Assembly (NCBI RefSeq): GCF_009914755.1
Contig: NC_060928.1
DNA from: the human T2T-CHM13v2.0 reference genome, Homo sapiens
DNA length: 64,000 nt
Reading direction: 5' to 3' (one strand)
Numbering within the stretch: the first letter of the stretch is position 1; each line of letters begins with the position of its first letter. The notes beneath the pieces are model-generated. The model saw nothing but the letters and a program-made list of their open reading frames with translations. It was not told the origin of the DNA and ran no database searches. Below, one piece after another: positions 1 to 13,881 of this stretch. The translations under genes and the position numbers were made by a program.

Positions 1-212
1 CACCTGAGGCCAGGAGTTCAAGACCAGCCTGGCCAACATGGTGAAACCCCGTCTCTACTAAAAATACAAAATTAGCCTGTAATCCCAGCTACTCAGGAGG
101 CTGAGGCAGGAGAATCGCTTGAACCTGGGAGGCAGAGGTTGCAGTGAGCTGCCATTGCACATTGCACTCCGGCCTGGGGACAAGAGTGAAACTCCGTCTC
201 AAAAAAATAAAA
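1..212 (+). mobile_element. AluS, cut by the window edge, with a ~19-nt internal deletion
   Basis: CACCTGAGG..CAGGAGTTCAAGACCAGCCTGGCCAACATGG, linker TACTAAAAATACAAA, right arm to CCGTCTC plus A tail; ATTAGCC joins directly to TGTAATCCC. Confidence 0.95.
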
Positions 213-1646
213 GCATAAATAAATATATTTAGCCTAAAATGGCTGTATTATTTTTAAATCTTTATTTTCTAATTCTGACTGTATATTGATTAGTCAATGA
301 GTAAGATTTCTCAGAAACATATTGCTATAAAGTCTAACTACAGTTACAATTTTTCATAGATGATTCACCACAGTGATCTTTATCTAAACAATGCAGGGGA
401 AATTATTTCGAATGTCAACAGCTCTCTTAAATTGGCCATATAAAATCATCTACTTATATGTAAGATAAACACGGAGGCTTAGAAACTTCTCAACATTGAG
501 GTACATTCATTACAAGTCAGTAAATCAGTGTTTCACTAGCTTCAGCTGTTACCTCATGGGTATAGCTGTCTAGTCAGAAGTAGGAAATATAATCCCACAG
601 TGCTCTGTTAGCCTGGGATTTCAGGATCCGTTTTGTTTTTGATCTCAGTATTTCTCAAATCCCTTTTCATTAATGATGAAATAGGGTCTCAATATCTTAA
701 GCTACCATTTGGAAAGAGAAAAAGGAAGATTACACTGTTCACATCCTAGTCGTTTGTGTATCGTCTTCCGTTTCTTCTTACTTTACTATAAATACTTACT
801 TGCATTTTGATATATTTACACATTTTGAACATTAATTCACTGTGTAACCTTTACTATTTGGAATGAAAATGAAACTGAGAAACAAGCTAAAAAGAGCACT
901 GAGCAACTGAAAGAGGTGCTACCAAATGTATGTAGGAAATCTCACATAATTCACTGATGTCTAAATCCTCACTCGGAGCTTGTTTCTTTTCATTTAATCT
1001 ATGACTGTACTAAATATACTTACTTTCCTACTCTTAACTTTGTTAAAGCAGCCAATTAGGATTTGAAAGATCCTAATCTTTCAGGCATTAGTAAGACATA
1101 CATATTTCAATTTCAGTAGTAAATGATACCCATATGTAAGGAAAATATGTGTCCAGGAGAGAATCCTTACCTGGATTCGTAAAGTTACACACACTTCATT
1201 GACATCAGATGGCCCTGACCCAGCATATGTAGTATTTGTAATGATAATGAGTCTTCATGTATTCTGCAAGAATTCAGATCAAGGTGCAATGCGTTTAACC
1301 ACACAAATGGTTAAACGTATGCTTAATGGGTACTTTACCATATAGTTTTAATTTCCATTAGCATCAACGAGCCATCCTTGTATCTAACTTTAAGTAGTGG
1401 TTCAGGAATATAGTTTTATAAACTGTTTATCATTTATCATTTATCCCAAGATATTTATTTATGCAACAGTGCCTAGTCAATTCTTGACTGAAGATTACCC
1501 AAACATGTGAAAATAAATGTTACTGTTAAATCTTTATATGACATTGAAAGAAACGAAGTTTGTAAATGCACTGTGTTAACTTTGAAATACCAGCCTTAGG
1601 TTTCACTAGATCTTTATTGGTATATGAGATGAAGACCTAAGTCTAA

Positions 1647-1997
<351 letters not shown>

Positions 1998-2103
1998 TGG
2001 TCTTTTTTGTTTTATCTGTATTCTTGCACATATGATCTGCTTGGGAAATGTCCTTTGCAATTAACAAGGTTACTTAAGGGAAAGAGAGATAGGACTTCAG
2101 ATG

Positions 2104-2104
<1 letters not shown>

Positions 2105-2142
<38 letters not shown>
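2105..2142. repeat. Pure T38 homopolymer
   Basis: 38 uninterrupted T counted directly. Confidence 0.95.
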
Positions 2143-2146
<4 letters not shown>

Positions 2147-3246
2147 AGGAAAGGAAAGTAGCACTTATGAGTTAGGGTGTCTCATTTCCTGCACATTGTT
2201 CCTGAAAACGACCTCGAAAGATTAAGTTATGATATAAGATAACTAACTTAAAAATGCCCTCAAATTCCACTTTGCCACCTAAAATCCAAGGGCAAAAAAG
2301 ACATCAATGGCATCTGGTGACTTTATGCATAATGTTCATGGCCTTGCCGCCTGGAATAGAGGCTGTTAATTGTCCTCACAAGGATTTTTCTTTAACATTC
2401 TGGAATGCGTGTTTTAGTATTTTGGTGTGTTGTTTGTTTGTTTAGTCCCTGGTACCTTTAGTAGCATTAGAACCTGCTGTGCAAAGGTCTGCTCTGACTG
2501 ATTTTGCACTTTCATGGGGTTCTAACTGCACTTCTTTTAGCAGAGACATTGGAGTAGACAGATAATCTATGGGCCAAGGGAATAAGTTCTTTTTAAGATT
2601 TATTTTCAAAATGGTATTTTCTAGGCTTACATTTCAGTGTCTAATTGTAAATCCTATGGTGTAAAAAGAAATGCAAGTTTTAAGTATGCAATGTGCCTCT
2701 GTATTTACTGTGTTCTCTGATGAGAGTGTGAGCTGTGCAGGTGGGAAGAAGGGAGAGCTGTTTTAATAGCTGAGAGAATTGAAGAAGGCACCAAAGGATT
2801 TGAGGCAATAATGACTTTGGATATTCAGGTTGATTAACTGGTACTTCCTCCCCCACCTGTCATTAGAGGTTTACTAGAAGGCAGTCGGTTCTGTTTAGGC
2901 AATGCATCAGTCAAAGGGTGGGTCAATTATCTAACCTGCATATTTATAATTGGGAGGGAGCAGGGAAGAGCCAAATTCCCTTAAGACGGAGAAGGGAACC
3001 AAATGTGACGCCTGGTAAGAGACACTAGTGGGCTTAGATAAGACGTCACAGGAAAAGTGGCTGGGGACACTGTGCCAGACAGATCTCTCCCATTAAATGT
3101 AGGGAAAAAAAAAAGGAACTGATTCTGATGAAAAGCCCCCTCTAATTGCAAAATGTCACTGTGTTATAAGTGAGATCTAGTATTATGACGATTCTAAATT
3201 TAAGAGAATATTTGTATACAGTTTTAAGATATGCAACCCATCCAAG

Positions 3247-3360
3247 AAGGGTGGTGCATGCCAGAAATCCATCTATTTGGGAGGCTGAGGCAGGGGGATC
3301 CCTTGAGCCCAGGAGTTTGAGACCAACCTGGGCAACACAAGAAGGCTCCATCTAAAAAAA
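3247..3360 (+). mobile_element. Alu monomer (FLAM-like)
   Basis: GGGAGGCTGAGGCAGGGGGATCCCTTGAGCCCAGGAGTTTGAGACCAACCTGGGCAACA plus short A tail. Confidence 0.85.
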
Positions 3361-3639
3361 TTTTCTTTGAATAAGACATACAACCAAAATTCAAATTTCT
3401 ATTACTATTATTTTTTCTTTTGTAAGAATTCACTTGAAAAGTGATTTGATCTAACAAGACTTGTGGTGTGCTAAATGACAATGACACATAATCTGGAATT
3501 TAATCTTAAGACAACTGCATTAGGGGGTAGAAGGAAACACAGATTTTTAAATCCATTCAACTGAGATACTGGTGTATTTATAGGCATCATATAATAATGT
3601 GTTCTTTGTAGAAGTACTGTATTATATCAAATCTCAAAC

Positions 3640-3657
3640 ATATATATATATATATAT
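3640..3657. repeat. (TA)n microsatellite
   Basis: Direct reading. Confidence 0.85.
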
Positions 3658-5270
3658 GTTTATAGTGTGTATATGTGTCAGTAAGACAGTGTCCCATTTA
3701 TATTTTTAAAAAGCAAGAACAAAGTATTTTCTATACTTTAGACATTATTTTGATAGAAAATTACCAAAAAGGATTTTCTTAAATGTTACATCTGATTTAT
3801 TTGTATTATAGTTACTGTCATTTTTATCACAGTCTCTTCAAATTGCAATATTTTAGAATTAATCACTGTATTTTTTCAAGTTGCAAACAGATTCATAAAA
3901 TGTACCATCCATCAAAAAATTTTAAAAGATGGGCTTACAGTTGTGAAAGATATGTATAATATCAAAATTATTACTCATCTCAAATATTTGTTGAAAGAGT
4001 TTGACCCGTTGGTATAAACCTATATCTGATACTTTTTTTTTTCTTAATGTCACATCAAGTTCTTAAATCACTAGTGGGCTGTAAATAACAGCCATTACAA
4101 ATTCTCATAGTAATAACCTGTGGCCACTGAAGTCTTAGTATCTTTTCTCTGAATAGCTAAACTCAGCGTGGTTGCACATTTAATGATTCAATAGCAGGGT
4201 ATGGATTTGTGAAAAGGAAATATAAAATGTATTTCCTGAATATGGAGTCTTTGTTCAGTATGTTGTCAGGTAAGAATTAGCGGTCTACAGTCATCCACTT
4301 TAATCTATGATCTAATCGGAACTCAAGAGCTAAATAAGAACACGGGTGATTAGACCTTAGTTAGTAGGGACCCCTAGGGAAAATTTCAGTGCCACAGGAA
4401 GTGATGCTAACGATTCATCAAGTGGTAAACTTGCCTCTGAGAAATTAATGAAGGGGCAACTTCACAGCCCGGGTATGTCTGTTGGATATTTCAACCAATC
4501 TGAGTTTTGCTAGCAGAAGTTCAAGGTACATTTTTAAGACAGGACAGAGATGGTAACAAGAACTGTGACGGTTTGTTCATAAAAACCTGGACTCTGATGA
4601 AAATCTTCCTTTCATTTGGGCTAGGAATCTTTAGTAGCTCTGCCAACAGTCAGGAAACTCTTAGTCTCCCAGAGGTACTGAGTGGAAAAGCGTTTTAGAA
4701 TTTAAGTAAAATAGCAAAATCAGATCTTACTAGTAAGGCAGAATGTAGTGCCTACCTTGCAATTTAGAACACTGAATTAGAAATTTGAGAGAATTAAACT
4801 TTTCAGAATAATAAAAAATTCTTTGTACTGCTTATCTTCTGAAACAAACATCAATAGAAAGGAAAATTCAAGCCCTGTTCCATTAAAACCATTAAAGGAG
4901 CTGGCAAGATTGCAGTTTGCAATTTGTGTAACTTACCTCCTATCCTTCATTATTACAGTTTTATCAGTTGAACATGATATTTATGTCTCCTTTGTCTGAA
5001 AACATTGTTTAATAATTTTAATAGTCATTTTACCTTAAAAATGTGATACTCAGAATCAGAAAAATTCAACAGATTAATTTTAATAATTTACTTTTTTAGA
5101 TAAAATGTTCTCACTCTATGTAAATGTATAGCTGCCATTACAATAAATTTAATGTCATGCATCAATCAATTGATGAGCCTTTAAAGATCTAGCAGTTGTA
5201 TCTTATTTGATCTCTTAATTTATTGTTTAATTCAATAACTAAATGTACCTTTACTAAGCATATTGGCTAA

Positions 5271-5328
5271 TCCAAGTAGTATGCATACATCTTCCAAGTA
5301 GTATGCATACATCTTCCAAGTAGTATGC
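5271..5328. repeat. 22-bp tandem repeat, about 2.6 perfect copies
   Basis: Unit TCCAAGTAGTATGCATACATCT starts at 5271, 5293 and 5315. Confidence 0.95.
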
Positions 5329-8300
5329 TTTCACTTGCTTATTACTGGAAATGTCAGAACTTTTAAGAGCGGCTGAAATTATGTCACCAGTAGAAAGAAG
5401 GTCGAGTGGATAGCCTCAGCTGTGAAGCATTTGGTTCCTTTTCAGCTTCCCTAGTAAGCTCCATTTGCAAAGGAGATATGAACAGGAAGACCTCAGTTGG
5501 CCTGAATCTGAGATTAACCCCCTGTGATTCAGTCCTGCTAAAGCAGGAAATTGGACTTAATAAATATTGTAACTTAGTGAAAGTTTTAGAGCAGGAGATT
5601 TTCAAGTAAGAGAAGATACTTTTAAGACAATATCTTGCTGTTTTTATCACCAGTGAACTTATTTAGCCAGATGACAGTGTACATGTACATTTTCTGTCTT
5701 ATCCATGACTCGGTTTTAAAATTTCAATTATTATCTTGCTATTTCCTACGTATCTTTAAAATCAGCTGGAAACCTTTCTTAGAATTGTGTTCAGCTACAC
5801 AAAAAGTAAGGACCAACAGATGATGCTATTTGTAGTGAAAACAATTTGAAATAAAGCATAATTTTAAGCTAAATTTCTTCATGGAGTTATTGAGGATGAA
5901 ATCAAGTCGAGGAGATGATACTTTCAGGTGGCTTTAAAACTGTATAATTTTTACAGCTGAATCAATCTAATATAGATTAGCAATGATTGTGTTTCCACTT
6001 CCATACACTATTTAAAATAATTGAATCTAGTGAGGAACATGGATCAGGGTCAAATAAATGTTTTCATAGCAATTATTGGCAGACATTTCCTTTCTGATAA
6101 GTTTCTCCAACATAGAAGTAGAGTTTGGATCTAGTTAAGTGTAGATGAGTTGAGTCGTGAGTTTTTCTGATTTTGAGAAACCACTTGCAGAGTTGCAGGA
6201 CTGTAGGCACCAGGACTTCCTGCACGCAGCTAGTGTAGAGCCACATCTGCCTCCAGCTCCTGCTGACTTGGCTGCACCGCAGCCCCCTTAGGCCCTGCTG
6301 CCAGATCAGGTGTGGAGACACTGCAGAGCTGTCACTCCGCATGGTTTCCTGCAAGTCAGCTATCTCGTTCCCATCTGTGTTGGTATTCTTTCCTAGCTTT
6401 TTTCACTGCTTGCCTGGCATGCATATATTTATCCGATAAGCCTCAATTTGGCTTTAAGACTTGCCTTCCCAGGTAGAGACTAAAGATGAAATTTCTCCAT
6501 GCATGTATCTTCCTTTTAATTGTGCTTGTAGTTAATACTTAATTCTTAAATTTGAGATGTTACTGTTTTAAGATACACTCTATCATGCATGTTAGCATCC
6601 GTTTACATGTTGTCTATACTATTTTGAGGATCTTAATGCATTAAGATCCACCCTGTTGTGAGTTTTGTTTGCTTTATGGTGTAAATAAGAGAAAATGAGA
6701 TTACTTCAGTATATAAGGACTTTTTTCACTTTATGTTTATCTTACATAATTCTTTAAGCTAAGAGTTTACACTGTTCATCAGTTTTTACTTTTTAGAAGG
6801 AACTTATTCAGATAGCTTTATTATTAATATTCAGATGTGCCATCCTGCAAAGTCAGGGATGGATTACAAGGTGTGATACTTTTAGTCCATAAATGGTTTT
6901 TCTATAGCTAGAGCTTGATCCTTTGTGCTTTGCACCATTAATTGGCATTTTCAGCTATATTCTTGATTATGCAGCTAAAATTTAGCCTGAAGTGGCCAAT
7001 CCCGCAGGCTTTGTACTTGAAAAACACCCATTGAATTTATTAAGAGTGGTGTACTCGTAATGGCCATTGGAACAGGCTTGGTGGGTATCCTGAGTTCAAA
7101 AATGAAAGGGCAGATGACTCAGGTACACCATGCTGTGATTAGAGAGCTATGAACAGCTTTCTCCACTTGCAGATTAACATCATTTCATGCTCTATTTTCA
7201 AACAAGTAATATCTGTTCTAAAAGTAGATTCCACCAGTGCTACTAACGTACCAAGTTCCAGTTGTCCTCACATGAAATAGTCCATCAGGTTTTCTTTTCC
7301 TTCAAGGAATAAATCATTATTGCTTTCATGTATTTTGGCAGATTTCCTTAGTTATGGGAATGTGGTTTGAAATGGTTTATGACTTCCTGCTTCTAAACAA
7401 TAAGAAATAGCTTGAGTGTCTTGGCCCTATTACCCAATATGTTTGTTATGGAAACTGTTTGGGGTGAAGTAAATGGAAAGAGAAATATGAAACTCAGGTG
7501 GGAATTGAGTGCTAGCTGGATGATAGCTTGTACATTTCTGCCTTATAGATTCATTCACTGCAGTAACAGTAACTGAATGCCTACATCATGCTAACTACTC
7601 TTCTAGCTTAGAAGTTATAATTAAAGTTATAATATGTGCTTCCAGATGATTATAAGCTGGAAGCCTGCCAAAATTCCTATTAAGTACATAGGAATGAAAT
7701 GCAACTTCCCCATTAAAAAACTGGAAAATTGAACAAAAAAGTCATTAAATAATTTTCACCGTGTTCCATTTGTTATAACTGAAGTTACACAAGAACCACA
7801 TTTTGAAGGGGAAAACAAGATTGTCTTTCATTTGTCTTTTAAAAAAACAACCATATACACTATATGATTTATTATGAAAGAAATTTTGCAAAATATAAGC
7901 AACCTTACTTTCTGTAACTATTTTTTTCCCACCACAGAACACCACGAGTAAGCAGGCAGTTTATGTTTGAGCTGTGACAATTTCAAATGTGAACACTAGA
8001 TTAGGTCTTCTTAGTTCTGGGAAGGTCACACCCTAAAACTTATTTCTATTGGGAGCTAACATTTCCTTGATAAAATAAGTTACCTAAGTGTTCTAAACAG
8101 GAAATAAGTGCTATTTGATCTATTTATTTTCACCAGATGGAAATATTCCTCCACATTTCTTGTTTTTAATTTGTGTTTCTTATTTTGAACGAATTCATAA
8201 TTTTGCCCTAGCTACATAAAAATGACCATATTTGAACCAGTTCTAGATCTGACAAATGACTGTTGTTAAATTAGGATTATAGGGAAACTCAGAAGTTGTA

Positions 8301-8854
8301 CTTCATTGTCAACAAAACAAAATAAGACTGTAAACATAAGCCCTTGCATTCTGGGACTCTATCCAAACGCATTCAGCAATTTGGCTGTGCCCACCTTCAG
8401 AAAAGCCATAATTTGATTCTAGGATCTGGGTACCATAATGCAGTCAGAGGATCTTAGCATTCAATAGGCACTCGTGGGGGCTGGGGGTTAGAAGTTGGTC
8501 AGTTCTGTTTCCTTGGCACCTAAAATCTATTCTCCTCCTGGAGCTCTTTGCTGCTCACAGAAAAGAAAAGTACACAATTTTATACATAAATGTGATTTTT
8601 AAATTTTGTTTTGCAAGAAGACTCTCAGATTAATCATTCCAGAAAATATTTTGTAACTTTAAGATTTTAACAAATCTGAAATTTTCTTTAATGATTGCAG
8701 ACACCGGGAATCATAAATAAATAGGAAATTATCCTCGGTTATTAACTGTGAATGCCTTTTTATTTCATAAAATGCTTTATGAAATTTTATCATAAAATCA
8801 TAAAGGTAACGTAAAGTGATAGAAGAAGAAGGGAATATAGGAATATAGATAGCC

Positions 8855-9160
8855 TTTTCTTTCTTTCTTTTTTTTCTTTGAGATGGAGTTTTGCTCTGTC
8901 GCCCAGGCTGGAGTGCATTGGTGTGATCTCGGCTCATTGGAACCTTCGCCTCCAGGGTTCAAGCGATTCTCGTGCCTCAGCCTCTTGAGTAGCTACAATC
9001 ACAGATGCCTGCCACCACGCCGGGTAATTTTTGTATTTTTAGTAGAGATGGGGTCTCACCATGTTGGCCAGGGTGGTCTCAAACTCCTGACCTCAGGTGA
9101 TCCGCCCGCCTAAGACTCCAAAAGTGCTGGGATTACAGGCGTGAGCCACCGCTCTCAGCT
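8855..9160 (-). mobile_element. AluS (Sx-like)
   Basis: Full antisense Alu with T-rich tail and CTGACCTCAGGTGATCCGCCCGCC. Confidence 0.95.
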
Positions 9161-9247
9161 ATGGGTCACCTTTTCTTGTACACTTCCATAGGTTCTGATT
9201 TTGTATAACCAACCTGAAACATGTTTCAATGCCAACACTAAAATGAA

Positions 9248-9680
9248 TGTATTTAGTTAAAACTCTTTGGTTTCCAATATGAGAAATCAGCGGAAGACAT
9301 TTTATGCTAAAGTTGGGAATACATGGGACCTAATCTTCAGAAATGGATTGGAAATTCAAGGCCATCATGTGTATTCTGTCTCCCTCCCTCTCTTTCTCTA
9401 TCTCTTTCTTTGTTATCTTTTTCTTTTCTAGAGGTAAAGCATGGCTGACAACTTCATAGTTCCTGAATTAGCCTGTTATATGCCTGTTTACCTACAAAAC
9501 TGCTACTGTGTTTGGGTGGCTATTTCAAATGCCAGGGAGAGAAACTCTGGCTCAGCTTGGTTAAGAGTTGACTCTTCATTCCATCTGCCATGCCTAGAAG
9601 AGAAGAGTCATGAGGCAGGAATATGCCTTCTGAAGGACTGTGACTCTAGCAAGGCAGGGATTTTCTCAAGGAGCTATGGA
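9248..9680. mobile_element. Old MaLR (MLT1-type) LTR remnant
   Basis: TGTATTTAGTTAAAACTCTTTGGTT..GAGAAA resembles an MLT1 terminus; highly diverged. Confidence 0.4.
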
Positions 9681-9719
9681 TAGGTATCTTTGAATAATAA
9701 CAGTGGTAATGATAAATAA

Positions 9720-10300
<581 letters not shown>

Positions 10301-10505
10301 TACACTTGAAAGTGGTCTCCTTTCTGCAAGGTGTCAGCAATATAAAAGTATGTGAAACATGGTAGTTGATCAGACGAAAACACCTACAGCCCTGTATTTA
10401 GTGTCTGTTAGTAGCATCATGGACCTCTCATAATCATACATTGTGTTTTTCTTCTCTTTTTTTGGATAAACCTTCTATTTTTTTTTTCTTTTTCTTTTTT
10501 GGGAA

Positions 10506-10900
10506 TGTATTGCTTAGGAATGCACTCAGCTGCAAGAAATAGATTCAACAGAGTGGAATGAGGGGTTTATGTTTTCCTTATACAAGACTCTAGAAGTCAT
10601 CCGCAACTTCCACTGAAGAATCATGGTGCTGCTTTCCTCTTGCCCACCATCATAAATATTTTATTTTCATTACCATATTCCCCAGAGGGTTGCTGTCTCT
10701 CCAGCCACTAAGTTCCTATTTCAGGTGGGGAGAAAGTTGAGGGAAAACTTCACTTCATCCCATTTCCTTTCTATTCTGGGAGGGATTCCCTTCCCAAAGA
10801 TTTTTCTGTATATCTTCTGACCACATAATTCTGTGGTCAGAATTATGTCACACAGCTTCCCCTAGGGACAAGCTAGATGGGAGTGTGAAGGTTTTTCTTT
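10506..10900. mobile_element. Old MaLR (MLT1J/K/L-type) LTR remnant
   Basis: TGTATTGCTTAGGAATGCACTCAGCTGCAAGAAATAGA and GGTCAGAATTATGTCACA resemble MLT1 motifs. Confidence 0.5.
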
Positions 10901-11484
10901 TTAATTTTTATGACATTGGAAGACAAAGGAATGGGCCATCCCATATTCCATTTAGTGGGACTGGAAGTAGCACCTGAGATCTTGGTACCACATGCTTCTA
11001 AGTTCTCCCATGTAGTTTTGCTTCAGTTACGCTTTTTCAGCATTTTCTTTGCTCAGTTGAGTGATTTCAATTTCTTTTATGTCTCTTAATAGGATTGCTT
11101 TCTGACTTTTCTCTGACCTCTAGAGTCCCTTTCATTGATTTCTTCTGAATCCCTGTCTCCACCCATACCCAGGAGGGTGTATATACCTACATATTCCCAA
11201 GAGGATACTTGAGAACTGTCTTGTTCTCTCTGTACCCTTCCTTTGCATCTCATAGATGAAACTGGAGAGACATGGAGAGGCAAAGTTACACAGCAAGTTA
11301 GTGAACCAAAACCACACTCCATGCCTCTTAACTCTTAGGCCTAGCTTTTTAAAGTATTACTAAATAATAAGTTTTTATGTTTATGTATGTCAAAATTTTG
11401 GAGCAAAATAAAACCACTGGTGTATAAAGTGTTTATTACAGAAAAAAATTCTTGAAGTCTGTCATTTAAATTCCGCAGAATCCT

Positions 11485-11750
11485 CTGTTTATTCAAATCA
11501 GCAGATGTTCATTGAGTGCCTGCTAATGTGCTAGGCACAACAGAAGCCGGGGTATTGCAGTGAACAAGAAAGAGTGACCCTTGGCCCTCATAGAGTTTAT
11601 GTGCCAGATATATTTAAAGTATGCAATACTTTTCATAGAGTAATTAGATATTTATTAAGGGCTTACTCTGCATCAGGGACTGTTCTACGTACAATATACA
11701 GTTTATGACAAGAAATAGAAGATTTCTGCTCTTATGTTCTAGGGATATAT
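11485..11750 (-). mobile_element. L2 3'-end fragments
   Basis: CATTGAGTGCCTGCTAATGTGCTAGGCAC..CAGTGAACAAGA..GCCCTCATAGAGTTTA. Confidence 0.7.
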
Positions 11751-12379
11751 AGTATAGAACTCAGAGGCCGTCATTCTCCTGTTGTTTATTACCAAATGTA
11801 ATGAAGACATACCTAACTGATAGTATTTCTTAATCTATAGATTGGAGTAATTCATATGCTTTTTACAAGTTATAATACATACCTTATGACTGTGTGTGCA
11901 ATTTAGTTGGCTTAAAAATTGATTTAGATTTAAGTGTAAATTTGTTGGACTGAATTCTAACAGCTTTGACTCCTTCTTTATTCTTTTGTTTTATAGAATT
12001 TAACTTGAATGGAATCTTTTATTTGTCTAAGTCTATTTCTGTCTAGTAAGGGAGTTGAAATTGATCATGTCTTGACTTTGTGGGCCATCAGAGAACCATG
12101 ACATTCCAGGGTATTGATTTTGTGGTGTTAAAGGGTGACAGATCTACTGTTAAAGTGCCGAGAGAGAATTGGGTTTCAGATTGTACACCATAAGCAGTCT
12201 TGGCTTTTGCTGAGACATGACTAGCTTTTTAAAGTAATGGAAGGAATTGTAAGTCTTAGGTAATTTTTAGTGCATAATTTTGAAAAGATTAATTTCAGCA
12301 AGCATTATGTAATCATGCATAGAGGGGAATAAGTTCCATCTATGATAAATATTGTATATCTAAATATATACAACTTGGA

Positions 12380-12403
12380 GTGTGTGTGTGAGTGTGTGTG
12401 TGT
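12380..12403. repeat. (TG)n microsatellite, interrupted
   Basis: Direct reading. Confidence 0.85.
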
Positions 12404-12603
12404 ATATTCAGAAAGTATACTCTATACTAAGGGTATTGAGTAATGTTTCAAGACAGCATCACTGAACCTTTCAAACATATTTATTCTTACATTTGGAAGT
12501 TGCTTAAGAATGACAAATTTTGTTTCCTTTCATACAATTGATTCTTGTAATCATTATTTCGAATTTTGCTTCTGTTGTGCTTTCTCTCATTCAGCTATTA
12601 TAA

Positions 12604-12964
<361 letters not shown>

Positions 12965-13848
12965 TCATTTCCCTCTAAGACATAGAATGTTGGCAAGTAC
13001 ATTATAATAGCTGCTATAGACATGAACTAAGGAAGAGTAACCATGGTCGTCTTTCATTGTCCCATTTTCCTCTGGATTTGTTCTTTTAAATTTTATGACC
13101 TTTGGTGAATGCATTGAAGATAACATTTTGATTATATGATTATTGTATGGAAAACTATACTGAACTAAGTCCAAGTGTATCTTTGGAAACTAATCAGAGG
13201 TGTACCACATTCATTGACTTAAACCAATCCATCATAGTCATCTTCTAATTTATTTCCACATGTTCTTCCAAGTTCCCATTCTTGAATAAGACTCTGACCT
13301 GCAAAGAAGAATGGAATGTAGTCTATAAGTATGTTTGTTCTGTTTTCTAACAACATAAATATTTTGCTTAAGCAGATTTGCTAGGAAGTGACAACTTTGA
13401 AAAATTGGACATAGGATCTGCTGGAAGCATTTCAGTTCGAAGCAATCTAAATAGTGCAGAAGGGGAAAATGAAATATCACCATGTTTTAGAGATGACAGT
13501 TTTGTCAAAGATTCCCTTTCACTCTTTGGCTTGAAACAAATGAAGTAAATCAAGTATATCTGTTCAAAGTATGCATGTGCACTCACTGAGGAACATTCCT
13601 TCCTGAGACCGTTTCTTCAGAGACAACCAATGAGAGAATTATCATTGAAAAAAATGTATCACGAGTTGGGGAGACTATCATTTTCTTGGCTTAATTTTTA
13701 GTTTGGCTTTTGAGGTCATAAGATTTCACAAGAACAAAGTGGTGCCTTTAAGAAATGAGGAAAACCTACAGGCTTAACACCATTTGAGTATATCATTAGG
13801 TACACGTACTGGTTGTTCTTCAGAAATATGATTATAATTTTGATATGT

Positions 13849-13850
<2 letters not shown>

Positions 13851-13879
<29 letters not shown>
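13851..13879. repeat. (TG)n microsatellite
   Basis: Direct reading. Confidence 0.95.

Positions 13880-13881
<2 letters not shown>

Noticed and set aside
864-932. Coding-looking stretch ENETEKQAKKSTEQLKEVLPN followed by GTATGT
   Set aside because: No suitable upstream acceptor or start codon, and no recognisable protein
5271-5328. Short direct repeats considered as a CRISPR-like array
   Set aside because: No spacers, eukaryotic context and no cas genes; simple tandem repeat
6190-6490. GC-richer block possibly an exon or promoter
   Set aside because: No convincing splice-site pair; more likely an ancient ERVL/MaLR LTR remnant that I cannot assign
7115-7121. AP-1 site TGACTCA
   Set aside because: A single 7-mer is expected several times by chance in 64 kb
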